This document shows, piece after piece, positions 46,726 to 55,730 of a stretch of DNA of 59,494 bases. This DNA is from Acidimicrobiia bacterium (GTDB lineage: Bacteria; Actinomycetota; Acidimicrobiia; Acidimicrobiales; JANYDT01), in the NCBI GenBank assembly GCA_031418035.1, contig JANOWU010000306.1, positions 1-59,494 of the forward strand. The letters are read 5' to 3'. Below the pieces are notes generated by a model. It was not told where the DNA came from and did no database searches. It saw nothing but the letters and a program-made list of their open reading frames with translations. Both the position numbers and the translations under genes were made by a program. Within the stretch, counting starts at the first letter, position 1, and the number at the start of each line of letters is the position of its first letter.

Positions 46726-47523
46726 TCAGCCGACCTCCTGCACCGATCCTGCGACACGGTCGCGGCTGCGCCCGGTTGCATCGAGGAACACCTCGTCGAG
46801 GGAGGGATCCCGGTCGAGCCCGACCCGCTGTCGGAGATCGGACTTCAACTCGACCGGCGTACCTTCGCGCACGATCCGCCCGGCGTCGATGATGGCCAGC
46901 CGATCACACAGGGCGTCGGCCTCCTCGAGGTACTGCGTTGTGAGGAACACGGTGGTGCCCTGGTCGTTGATGCGGCGCACTTCGTCCCACACGGTCAGAC
47001 GTGACGCCGGATCGAGGCCCGTGGTGGGTTCGTCGAGAAACAGCACCTCGGGCTGGTGCGCGAGCGCCGTCGCAAGGTCGAGCCGACGCTTCATGCCGCC
47101 GGAATATCCTTTGACGTTGCGGTCGGCGGCCTCGGTCAGCTCCACCAGTTCGAGTAGCTCGTTGGTGCGTGCCACAGCGGTCGGTTTATCCATCCCGAAG
47201 AGGCGGCATTGCAACACGAGAATTTCGCGCCCGGTCTGGCGTGGATCGAGGCCCGCCTCCTGCAGTGCGACGCCGATCTTGCGGCGCGCTGCGTTCGGAT
47301 CCGTCGCGATGTCAATTCCGGCGACACGCGCTGACCCGGAGCTGATCGTCATCAACGTGGTGAGCATGCGGACCGTGGTCGATTTCCCAGCGCCATTCGG
47401 CCCGAGGAATCCGAACACCTCGCCCTGTTCGACGCTGAGGTCAACTCCCCGTACGGCATCGACATCACCGTCTTTGCCTCGAAAGGTCTTCGCCAGACCC
47501 ACCGCCTCTATCGCCATACTCAT
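46726..47523 (-). CDS. ABC exporter ATP-binding protein (DrrA-like)
   Basis: GPNGAGKS, YSGGMKRRLDLA, LDEPTTGLDP and LTTQYLEEAD motifs. Confidence 0.95.
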   Translation of the reverse strand: MSMAIEAVGLAKTFRGKDGDVDAVRGVDLSVEQGEVFGFLGPNGAGKSTTVRMLTTLMTISSGSARVAGIDIATDPNAARRKIGVALQEAGLDPRQTGREILVLQCRLFGMDKPTAVARTNELLELVELTEAADRNVKGYSGGMKRRLDLATALAHQPEVLFLDEPTTGLDPASRLTVWDEVRRINDQGTTVFLTTQYLEEADALCDRLAIIDAGRIVREGTPVELKSDLRQRVGLDRDPSLDEVFLDATGRSRDRVAGSVQEVG

Positions 47524-47568
47524 GAACGCTCCTCTCGTCGTATTTCGAACGAGGTAGACGTTATCGAC

Positions 47569-47595
47569 AATAACGGCCAGTTTCTGTCCGCTATT
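47569..47595. promoter_or_regulatory. Palindromic operator upstream of the ABC-WYL operon
   Basis: AATAACGGCCAG-TTT-CTGTCCGCTATT, with 10 of 12 arm positions complementary. Confidence 0.65.
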
Positions 47596-47697
47596 ACCAT
47601 CTCCACGTGGGACGGCTTTCGCGGTCGCCGCCCTCCCTCAAACGCACCAGGTCGAAAGAGTGAAGGACTCCAGGCGCAAGGTCGGCGATGATGGGGC

Positions 47698-48243
47698 GTG
47701 CACGTGGACGACCTTGTCGAGGACATCCGAAAACGCCCGGGACCCGTTCGGCTCGTCGCTATCGACGGACCGGGGGGATCGGGCAAGTCGACGTTCGCCG
47801 CTCTGCTTTCTGGGGCAGCGGGCGGCGCGCCGATCATCCACACCGACGACTTTGCATCGGCGGACAATCCGATCGACTGGTGGCCTCGCCTGCTCGCACA
47901 AGTCATCGAGCCGCTCGCGGACGGACGCTCTGCGCAGTACCAACGTTACGATTGGCCGACCGAATCGCTGATGGAATGGAAGACCGTTGCTCCAGCTCCG
48001 ATCATCATCATCGAAGGGGTGACTTCGGCACGGCGGGAGTGGTCTCGCCATCTCAGCTACGTGATCTGGATCGCAACCAATCGCGAGCTTCGCCTGCAAC
48101 GCGCGGTGGAACGCGACGGTGAGGACGCACTCGATGATTGGGAGTTCTGGATGGCCGAAGAGGACGCGCACTACGACCGTGATCCGACTCGCCAGCGAGC
48201 CGACACCGTCATCGACGGCGAAACCGGAAAAAACATTTCATAA
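47698..48243 (+). CDS. Uridine kinase-like P-loop protein
   Basis: AIDGPGGSGKST, IHTDDF, YQRYDW and IIEGV motifs. Confidence 0.85.
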   Translation: MHVDDLVEDIRKRPGPVRLVAIDGPGGSGKSTFAALLSGAAGGAPIIHTDDFASADNPIDWWPRLLAQVIEPLADGRSAQYQRYDWPTESLMEWKTVAPAPIIIIEGVTSARREWSRHLSYVIWIATNRELRLQRAVERDGEDALDDWEFWMAEEDAHYDRDPTRQRADTVIDGETGKNIS

Positions 48244-48646
48244 GCGCGCCTATTATCTACGGTCGCCTGGGTTCGGTGGTCTCAGGTCAGGCTCACCAAC
48301 GAAGCGATTCGTGCCGGCGCGCTGTATCTCTTCCTATTTCGACACGGCGTCGGCCTGGGCTCGCATTCGTCCGATTACCGGGTCGTTCATCGTCGCCACG
48401 ACGTCGTATCCGTCCGAAGGCCCTCTGTTGAGATGCCAAACGAGATAATCGAGATCGTCATCGCCGGACTCCAGCGATCGGCGCGCTCGAACCCGGCATC
48501 CACACAATCGTCGAAACCGGCACCTACGGCAAAACAACCGTCCGCCGAACGGTGACCGTCAACGTCAAGTAGCAATTGTTCGCGCACCGCCGACTCGACG
48601 CGCCGGTGTCCCTGCCGTGGGCGGAAGCGTCACTGCCACGGTCTCG

Positions 48647-49251
48647 TCAGTGTTCGTTGGCGGAACGACTTCGAACCGCGTATTCGGCGACAACGATCCC
48701 TGTCGAAGACACGATCGCCGTCGACACGTCCATCTCCGCAGGAGTGTCGCCGAACAATCTCGTTCCCTTGCCCAACACGACTGGAATGATCGTGAGCAGG
48801 TACCGGTCAATCATGTCGGCCGCCGCGAGTTCACGCACGAGTGCGCCGCTGCCGAGGATCACGAGATCACCGTCAGTCGAATTCTTCAACTCGGCCACCG
48901 CAGCGATTGCATCGCCCTTCAGCAATGTCGAGTTTGGGTACTGAAGCGGTTCCGTGAGTCCTCGTGACGCGACGAACTTCGGGTCTTCGTCAGAATCTCG
49001 GCGAACGGGTTGGGCTCGTCCATCGACAACCAGTACCCGACAAGATCGATGTAGGTGCGCCGCCCAAACACAAGTGCGTGGGTACTCGACGGATCACCCA
49101 TCGACGCCTTGGCCGCGTCGGGGTCCTTCTGGAGACGCTCCGACGCCCAACCCCCACGCACAAAACCTCTCCGCGTGTCTTCGTCCGGCCGACCTGGCGC
49201 CTGCATGACTCCATCCAACGAGATGCACTCGACGGCGATGAGGTTGCTCAT
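48647..49251 (-). pseudogene. Dihydrofolate reductase-like (RibD C-terminal) protein, frameshifted near 48982
   Basis: ISLDGVMQAPG...FGRRTY in one frame and KFVASR...GSGALV...PVVLGKG in the next. One extra base at ACCCG restores T-P-K-F-V-A-S. Confidence 0.8.
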
Positions 49252-49334
49252 GAGTTACTCCCTTGTCAGTTTCACCGAAAGAGGTGCCCATCGCCGGGGA
49301 CCTTCAAACAACCGAAATCGAAGCACCGGGACCT

Positions 49335-49841
49335 TCACGGCCACGTCGTTTCTCCGCCGTCTTCTGCGATGATCTCGTCACAGAGGTCCAGGCACTCCGC
49401 GCAGACGGCGACGGCGTCAAGGCCACATACCAAAAGTTCAGGACTTGAGACCTTGCCGCAGAAACTGCATTTGACCTGTGGACTGAATCCGTCACGTGCT
49501 TCGTCGACGCATTCGTCGCAGATGTAGACGTTCGGACCAGCGATCAGTTTGCGAGCGTCCTGTTGCTCCTTGTCGCAGAAGCTGCACGTGAGCGAGTCCG
49601 GCGATCGTCCCTTGCGCTTCCACCCTCGTCCGTCATCGACGGCGCCAATCATTTGCTGGATCCGTTGGTGCGAGTATCCAAGGGCTTTGGCGATCTCGCG
49701 TACCGAGCCGCCGGCTAGTTGCAGTCGGCGAATGGCGAGTTGCTCATTGGCCTTCGCCGTACTGAGCGAGGCCTCAGCTTCCGCGCGACGTAGGGCCGCT
49801 TCGCGAGCGGCAGCAAGGAGTGGGTCGTCCAGAGGTGCCAT
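49335..49841 (-). CDS. HTH protein with two ClpX C4-type zinc fingers
   Basis: [22 protein letters not shown], then [17 protein letters not shown] and CSFC...VCAEC. Confidence 0.85.
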   Translation of the reverse strand: MAPLDDPLLAAAREAALRRAEAEASLSTAKANEQLAIRRLQLAGGSVREIAKALGYSHQRIQQMIGAVDDGRGWKRKGRSPDSLTCSFCDKEQQDARKLIAGPNVYICDECVDEARDGFSPQVKCSFCGKVSSPELLVCGLDAVAVCAECLDLCDEIIAEDGGETTWP

Positions 49842-49875
49842 ACTGTCTACTGTACATAGACAGTAGACAGTATGG
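49838..49875. promoter_or_regulatory. Perfect 16-bp inverted repeat over the start of the HTH-ClpX-finger gene
   Basis: CCATACTGTCTACTGT-ACATAG-ACAGTAGACAGTATGG. Confidence 0.75.
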
Positions 49876-49902
49876 ACACCTTACGGTCATAGATCCGAGT
49901 TC

Positions 49903-49919
49903 GTATACACCCGTATACT
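49903..49919 (+). promoter_or_regulatory. TetR-type operator overlapping a leaderless -10 box
   Basis: GTATAC-ACCC-GTATAC, with TATACT 6 nt before the GTG start. Confidence 0.55.
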
Positions 49920-49925
49920 TCAGCT

Positions 49926-50537
49926 GTGGGTCTCTCAGCGGACGCGATCATCGACGCAGGCGTGGCGGTAGTGGCTGACCACGGATGGTCGGCTCTGAGC
50001 ACACGTGGCGTCGCGGGTCGTCTCGGTGTCACGCCGATGGCCCTGTATCGACACGTTGCAAACAGCGACGTTCTCGCCGGGCTGGTTCTCGACCGGATCG
50101 TGACTGCTTCGGCCCGAGTGCAACCGTGCGACGGTATCGATGTTGCGTTGACGAGCTGGGCCCGCAGCACCCGTGCACACCTCGCCAAACACCCCGGTGT
50201 CGCAGGTCGACTCATCACGCACTGGTTCGAGTGTGGGCCGATGCTGGACCGTATCGACAAGCTCCTCGAAGCCTGCGACCAACATGGCATCGTTGGATTT
50301 CCAGCGGTCGCTCTGGTCAACGCGGTGTTCATGCACGTGCTGATGCGAGTTGAGGCCGAGGGGCGCGTTCTCGCCGCCGGAGTCGCGCGACGGCAGCTGA
50401 ACTTGGCGTCCGCCGAACGGCCGCTACGCCACCTGCGCGCGCTCCTCGCGCACTACACAACAGCACAACTCGACGCCCACTTCGAGTACGGGCTCTCGGC
50501 TCTGCTCGCCGACGCCAAAGCGACCGTGCGCGCATGA
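49926..50537 (+). CDS. TetR/AcrR family regulator
   Basis: LSTRGVAGRLGVTPMALYRHV HTH and FEYGL C-terminus. Confidence 0.92.
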   Translation: MGLSADAIIDAGVAVVADHGWSALSTRGVAGRLGVTPMALYRHVANSDVLAGLVLDRIVTASARVQPCDGIDVALTSWARSTRAHLAKHPGVAGRLITHWFECGPMLDRIDKLLEACDQHGIVGFPAVALVNAVFMHVLMRVEAEGRVLAAGVARRQLNLASAERPLRHLRALLAHYTTAQLDAHFEYGLSALLADAKATVRA

Positions 50538-51007
50538 TCGTGATCCGTGACGCGACAAGTAGCGACATGCCAGCAGTGCGCCGTACCTACAACGCGCTCA
50601 TCCCACACACGACCGGCACTTGGACCGAGGAACTACAGACCCTGCCGCAGCGTCACGCCTGGTTTCGCCGACAAACGCACGCTGGACATCCCGTTCTCGT
50701 CGCCGTCGATGCCGAAGTCGTGATTGGGTTCGCGTCCTATGGGAGCTTCAGAGGTTCGGGCAAGTGGCCGGGTTATTGCTACACGGTCGAGCACACGGTG
50801 CACGTGGCCGAGACTCACTGGGGGCGCGGCGTCGGCAGGTCACTCATGGAGACGCTCATCGAACGCGCCCGAAGCGCCGACGTTCATGTCATGGTCGGAG
50901 CAATCGACTCGGCCAACACAGAATCGCAGCGATTTCATGAACGGCCGTCGGCTGCGGCTGGCGCCCATTCGAGGGTCTCCCTTGTTTGCGTCGACGGTGG
51001 CAGATAG
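50534..51007 (+). pseudogene. YncA/phosphinothricin-type GNAT acetyltransferase, C-terminally truncated
   Basis: GFASYGSFR, YTVEHTVHV, GRGVGRSL and SQRFHER, after which the expected LGF...GRWLD tail is absent. Confidence 0.65.
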
Positions 51008-51080
51008 TTGACCGCCACCCAGGCGTATTGACGTCGTGTGAATTCCTGATCGTTTGTCGAGGATTGTTGCTCGGCCACAA

Positions 51081-51500
51081 TCAATCGTAGGTGTGCACGA
51101 CATACACGTCGCACGGCGCATCTTTGGCTACGTCGCCCGCAATTGACCCCAGCACACGGCCCATGCCCTTGACCCGCTTGTTGCCGACCACAATCACCGA
51201 TGCGTTGACCCGCTCCGCCTCTGCGCACAGTGCTTCAGAAGGGCTCGCTTTCACGACGCACGTCGAGACGACGACCGTGTGTCCAAACTCTTCGGCGATC
51301 GCATTCAGGCTGCTTTCGACCAAGTCACGATCGTCAATGACGGTGCGATCCGACCCGATCCCGAACTCGTAGGTCTCGTTCTTCGAAATGGCGGTCACGA
51401 TACGCAACTCGGCCCCAATCGCCTTCGCCAACGCTGCTGCACGTCGGGCGGCCACAAGGGCCTGGGGAGAGTTGTCGACTCCGACGACGATGGTGCTCAT
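51081..51500 (-). CDS. Universal stress protein
   Basis: IVVGVDNS and IVVGNKR...VLGSIA...APCDVYVV motifs. Confidence 0.93.
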   Translation of the reverse strand: MSTIVVGVDNSPQALVAARRAAALAKAIGAELRIVTAISKNETYEFGIGSDRTVIDDRDLVESSLNAIAEEFGHTVVVSTCVVKASPSEALCAEAERVNASVIVVGNKRVKGMGRVLGSIAGDVAKDAPCDVYVVHTYD

Positions 51501-51653
51501 ATCCGTACCTCATTCTTCTGCGTAGTGGACCCTCAGTAGAACATCGCCATCGCAATCTGACTGTGATCGCGATCACACTCGGAACGGACTTCTGACACAC
51601 CCATGGCGTAGTCAGCACCGTTGCCGCCACTGCGGTGGTCGGTATGTCGGTTC

Positions 51654-51705
51654 GCGGCGTTCAACCCACTGTCGTCGTTGGCTCCGTGATCGTGATGTCG
51701 AATTG
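51654..51705. repeat. Direct repeat, left copy (duplicate of the kinase gene 3' region)
   Basis: Identical to 53673-53723 except for one extra C. Confidence 0.9.
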
Positions 51706-51822
51706 GCGACGCGGCCGATTGTATGGTGGCGGTGAAAATCAGATCCGGGTGTCATCTGGCTGGGATCGGGGCCCGCCCGGTACAGTGGACCGCACTTCGA
51801 CACTTCGACAAAGGGGGTTTCC

Positions 51823-52398
51823 ATGACCGATCTCGCATCACATGCCACGCCGCTTGAGCGCGCCAAGTTCCGCTCATTTGAGGAGTCGACGGCCGAGGAC
51901 TGGATGATCATCGCCAACAACGCGGCAGAGACCCAGCGTCGAGTTGCCGACCACACGCTCATGTTGTTGCGTCTGCTTGAGAGCGACCACGGCGGGTTCC
52001 CGGTAAACCGACTCGAGCACAGTCTTCAGACGGCGGCCCGCGCGGAGAACGGTGGTGAAAGCGAGGAATACGTGATGTGTGCCCTCCTGCACGACATCGG
52101 CGACACCATCGCGCCGCGGCACCACCCAATCATTGCTGCCGACATGCTGAAGGGCATTGTGTCGGAAGGGCATCACTGGATGGTCGAACACCACGGGATC
52201 TTTCAGGGGTACTACTTCTGGCACCACCTCGGCGGAGACCGCAACACGCGTGACAGGTACCGCGACTCGCCGTACTACGACCTGACTGATGAGTTCACAT
52301 ACAAATACGACCAGCCGGCGTTCGATCCGGACTTCGTCTCGCCGTCGCTTCATTACTACGAGCCGATGATCCGCAGGCTCTTCGACCCGAAGCCATGA
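51823..52398 (+). CDS. HD-domain protein (PhnZ-like phosphohydrolase/diiron family)
   Basis: LEHSLQTA, ALLHDIGD, RHH, VEHHG and YDQ motifs. Confidence 0.85.
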   Translation: MTDLASHATPLERAKFRSFEESTAEDWMIIANNAAETQRRVADHTLMLLRLLESDHGGFPVNRLEHSLQTAARAENGGESEEYVMCALLHDIGDTIAPRHHPIIAADMLKGIVSEGHHWMVEHHGIFQGYYFWHHLGGDRNTRDRYRDSPYYDLTDEFTYKYDQPAFDPDFVSPSLHYYEPMIRRLFDPKP

Positions 52399-52491
52399 GT
52401 GGTACCCGGTCAATGCAGTCCATCCGGAATGCTTTGTGATTCACAGGATCGTCTGAATACGTTCTTCATGAGACTGTGAACGCGTAAATCC

Positions 52492-53631
52492 ATGACCGAG
52501 CATCCGCGACCTCAGAGCCTCGACGAATTCCGCTTCAACGCCGCAGCGTTTCTCGACGATGCAGTTTCATCGGGCATTGCGTGCCCTGCTTTCGGGTCAA
52601 TCATGCCGCCCGCACTGTACGAACGCGCCCGCCCCTGGCAAAAGCACATGTTTGCGAACGGGTTCGCTGGCGTCTCATGGCCGGTGGAATACGGCGGGCA
52701 AGGGTATGGTCCTGAGTTTCGCCTCGCGTGGAGCGAGGAGTGCGCTCGCCGATCGGTTACTCCGTACATGAACTTTCAGGGTTTCGTGTTAGCCGGCGGC
52801 GCGATCTTGAAATATGGAACCGAAGATCAAAAGCGCACATATCTTCGGGCGACGCTGGCGGCAGACATCTTGTGGTGCCAGTTGTTCAGCGAACCCGATA
52901 GTGGTTCGGACCTGGTCAGTTTGAAGACGCGGGCCGAACGTGACGGTGACCGCTGGATCGTGACGGGTCGGAAAGTCTGGTCGTCGACTGCCCAACTCGC
53001 TGACCATGGAATCTTGCTTGCCCGCACTGATCCCGATGAGCGTGGCCACAGTGGTATCTCGTTCTTCCTGTTCAATATGCGCGGACCGGGCGTCGAGGTG
53101 CGGCCACTCAAGCAGATGACCGGTGATCACGAGTTCTGCGAAGTGTTTCTCGAACAGGCGGAGGTTCGCAGCACCGACCTGTTGGGCCCACTCCACGGCG
53201 GCTGGGCGGTGGCAACTTCGGTTCTCGGTGACGAACGAGCCGAAGTCGGAGCCGCGGGCCTTGCGCTTGAGCGCAGCACCCAACAACTGCTCGCCACGAT
53301 CAACGCAGACACCGACGTCGTGCGACGCGATCGACTTATGAGTTTGGTGGTCAACTCGGGTGCATTGCGCCAACTGCTCGATCGCAGTGGCGGCGACCCT
53401 CGGCTCGGGCCGCTGGTCAAGCTCGCCAGCACCGAGTTCGCGACCGATCGAACGAGAGCGGCCCTTGACGGCCTCGGCGTCGCGGCAACTGCCAACTCCG
53501 TTCCTGATGTCATCGAGGAATTCCTTTACGCGCCTGGTATGCGTGTCGCCGGTGGGACAAGTGAGATTCAGCGCAACCTGATCGGGGAGCGATTGTTGGG
53601 CTTGCCACGGGAACCAAAAGCAAAAGCCTGA
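52492..53631 (+). CDS. Acyl-CoA dehydrogenase family protein
   Basis: WCQLFSEPDSGSDL, GRKVWSS, EFCEVF and GGTSEIQRNLIGER motifs. Confidence 0.95.
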   Translation: MTEHPRPQSLDEFRFNAAAFLDDAVSSGIACPAFGSIMPPALYERARPWQKHMFANGFAGVSWPVEYGGQGYGPEFRLAWSEECARRSVTPYMNFQGFVLAGGAILKYGTEDQKRTYLRATLAADILWCQLFSEPDSGSDLVSLKTRAERDGDRWIVTGRKVWSSTAQLADHGILLARTDPDERGHSGISFFLFNMRGPGVEVRPLKQMTGDHEFCEVFLEQAEVRSTDLLGPLHGGWAVATSVLGDERAEVGAAGLALERSTQQLLATINADTDVVRRDRLMSLVVNSGALRQLLDRSGGDPRLGPLVKLASTEFATDRTRAALDGLGVAATANSVPDVIEEFLYAPGMRVAGGTSEIQRNLIGERLLGLPREPKAKA

Positions 53632-53651
53632 TCCGCCTGACGGAGCAGCTG

Positions 53652-55028
53652 CTACTGGCTTGTGCTCCGCAGGCGGCGTTCAACCACTGTCGTCGTTGGC
53701 TCCGTGATCGTGATGTCGAATTGAGTCTGGGTCGTGTCGGCGAGGCGGATCGTGCCACCGTGTTGTTCGACGATGCCTCGCGCGATAGCGAGCCCCAGCC
53801 CGGTGCCGCCCCGATGTCGAGTGCGGGCGTCATCGAGTCTCGCGAATCGTTCGAAGACGAGCTCGCGGTGCTGGGGAGCGATGCCGGGGCCGTCGTCGGC
53901 GATCTGGATTCGTGTGGTGCCATCTTGTTGGTCGACGGTGATGGTGACGGTTGTTGTTGCGTGGCGTTCGGCGTTGTCGAGGACGTTGCGGATCGCACGG
54001 GTCAGCAGCCGTGGGTCGGCCGTGATGGGCGCCGGAAGCACGTGGGACGTGTCGACGCGCACACGTCCTCGTTCGGTCAGGCGACGTGCTTCACGTCGCA
54101 CGAGTTCGTCGAGATCGATGGGTCGCAACTCGAGCGGATGGGTGTTGGCATCGGCGCGGGCCAGTTGGAGGAGGTCTTCCACGATGTGTTCGAGTTCGAT
54201 GGCGTCGTTCAGGACGTTTCGTTCAGTCTCGAAAGGTTGCGCGTGCGCAGGATGTGTCAGGTCCACTTCGAGGTTGGCGCGTATACGGGCGAGGGGGCTT
54301 CGTAACTCGTGTGAGGCGTCGGCCACGAACTGCTGTTGGCGGCTGACGGCGGAGTGCAGCCGGGCGAGGGTGTCGTTCATCGTGCGCGAGAGCCGGTCGA
54401 TCTCGTCGCCGGTGCCGGGCTCGGGAATGCGTCTCGACGGATCGGACGCGGTGATCTGGGCGAGTTCGGTGCGCATGTTTTCGACGGGCCGCAGCGTTCG
54501 TCCGGTAACCCACCAGGTCACGATCCCGAGCGCGACGAGCACGCCCGGAACAGTAAGCGCGAGTATGGGTCGGAGGATGGCGAGTGCATCGGTGACGTCG
54601 TCCACGTTCGTGCCAACGAGCAGCCACGGCGATGTCGGCGTCGAGTCGAGACGCTGCGTGAAGACACGAAACGATTCTTTGCGGTTGGGCACGTGCACGG
54701 TTCGAAACCCAGGTTCGAGTTGGCTAATGGGCGCCACGCCGCTGAGGTTCTGCGAGGACATGAGCACACGGCGGTCCTCTGCCACGATCTGGATGAGGAG
54801 GTCCTCGTCCACGGACAGCTCACCTGGCGGCGCTGGCTGTCGGAGTGCTCGTCCGGCGACGGCACCGATCGTCTCGGCGCGGTTCTGCAGGCTTTCGTCG
54901 AGGTTGTCGAGGAGCTGGGCTCGAAACATCGTGAGCAGAACGACCGACACGACGCTCAGCATGACTGCGACGATCACCACGGCGGCCGCGGTGATACGTG
55001 CACGTATGGTTCTCGGCATGTCCGTCAT
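53652..55028 (-). CDS. HAMP-domain sensor histidine kinase
   Basis: Two TM segments, DASHELRSPL, NVLDNA, DDGPGI and GGTGLGL. Confidence 0.96.
   Translation of the reverse strand: MTDMPRTIRARITAAAVVIVAVMLSVVSVVLLTMFRAQLLDNLDESLQNRAETIGAVAGRALRQPAPPGELSVDEDLLIQIVAEDRRVLMSSQNLSGVAPISQLEPGFRTVHVPNRKESFRVFTQRLDSTPTSPWLLVGTNVDDVTDALAILRPILALTVPGVLVALGIVTWWVTGRTLRPVENMRTELAQITASDPSRRIPEPGTGDEIDRLSRTMNDTLARLHSAVSRQQQFVADASHELRSPLARIRANLEVDLTHPAHAQPFETERNVLNDAIELEHIVEDLLQLARADANTHPLELRPIDLDELVRREARRLTERGRVRVDTSHVLPAPITADPRLLTRAIRNVLDNAERHATTTVTITVDQQDGTTRIQIADDGPGIAPQHRELVFERFARLDDARTRHRGGTGLGLAIARGIVEQHGGTIRLADTTQTQFDITITEPTTTVVERRLRSTSQ
53673..53723. repeat. Direct repeat, right copy (within the kinase 3' end)
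   Basis: GCGGCGTTCAACCACTGTCGTCGTTGGCTCCGTGATCGTGATGTCGAATTG. Confidence 0.9.
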
Positions 55029-55705
55029 CCCCCGTTGGGATCGAGGCGGTACCCAGCGCCTCGCACCGTCTCGATGGCGTTACGGTCGAACGGCAGATCC
55101 ACGGTGAGGCGAAGCCGTCGGATGTAGACCTCGACGATGTTGGGGTCTCCGTCGAAGTCGTTGGGCCACACGCCATCGAGGAGTTCGCGTTTGGAGATGA
55201 CGTCACCGGCGTGGCGAATCAGGTACTCGAGCACGTCGTACTGGCGCGAGGTAAGCACAAGGAGATGTTCGCCTCGCCAGGCGCGTCGGCTGGCCGGGTC
55301 GACGTGAAGATCGCCAGCGATGGTGTTGGCCATAGTCGAGCGCGACGCATGGCGTCGGGTCAGCGCCCGGATACGGGCCACAAGGACGACGAAGGAAAAC
55401 GGTTTCGTGAGGTAATCGTCGGCACCGGTGTCGAGCGCCTCGGCCTCATCGAGTTCGCCGTCTTTCGCCGTGAGCATCAAGATCGGTGTGCAGTTTCCGG
55501 CGCGTCGCAACTCGGCGCAGACCTGGAAGCCGTTGCCGTTGCCCATCATGATGTCCAAGACGATCACGTCGAAGGACCCGTTCGTTGCAGCCCACAGGCC
55601 GTCGGCTCCGTCGTAGGCGACGTCGACGGTGAACCCCTCGGCGCTTAGCCCGCGTTGCAACGCCGTGAGGAGCTGTTGGTCATCGTCGACGAGGAGGACC
55701 TTCAT
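55025..55705 (-). CDS. OmpR family response regulator
   Basis: MKVLLVDDD, VLDIMM, GADDYLTKPF, VEVYIRRLR and TVRGAGY motifs. Confidence 0.96.
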   Translation of the reverse strand: MKVLLVDDDQQLLTALQRGLSAEGFTVDVAYDGADGLWAATNGSFDVIVLDIMMGNGNGFQVCAELRRAGNCTPILMLTAKDGELDEAEALDTGADDYLTKPFSFVVLVARIRALTRRHASRSTMANTIAGDLHVDPASRRAWRGEHLLVLTSRQYDVLEYLIRHAGDVISKRELLDGVWPNDFDGDPNIVEVYIRRLRLTVDLPFDRNAIETVRGAGYRLDPNGG

Positions 55706-55730
55706 GTCATCACCTCTTGGGTTGGGCTCG

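Noticed and set aside
44798-48249. 12-bp direct repeat TCATAAGCGCGC flanking the WYL-ABC-kinase block
   Set aside because: About 100 exact 12-mer pairs are expected by chance in 59 kb (N^2/2 divided by 4^12), and there is no other sign of mobility.
48232-48262. dif-like site (ATAAGCGCGCCTATTAT)
   Set aside because: The spacer length and XerD arm do not fit the 11-6-11 dif consensus.
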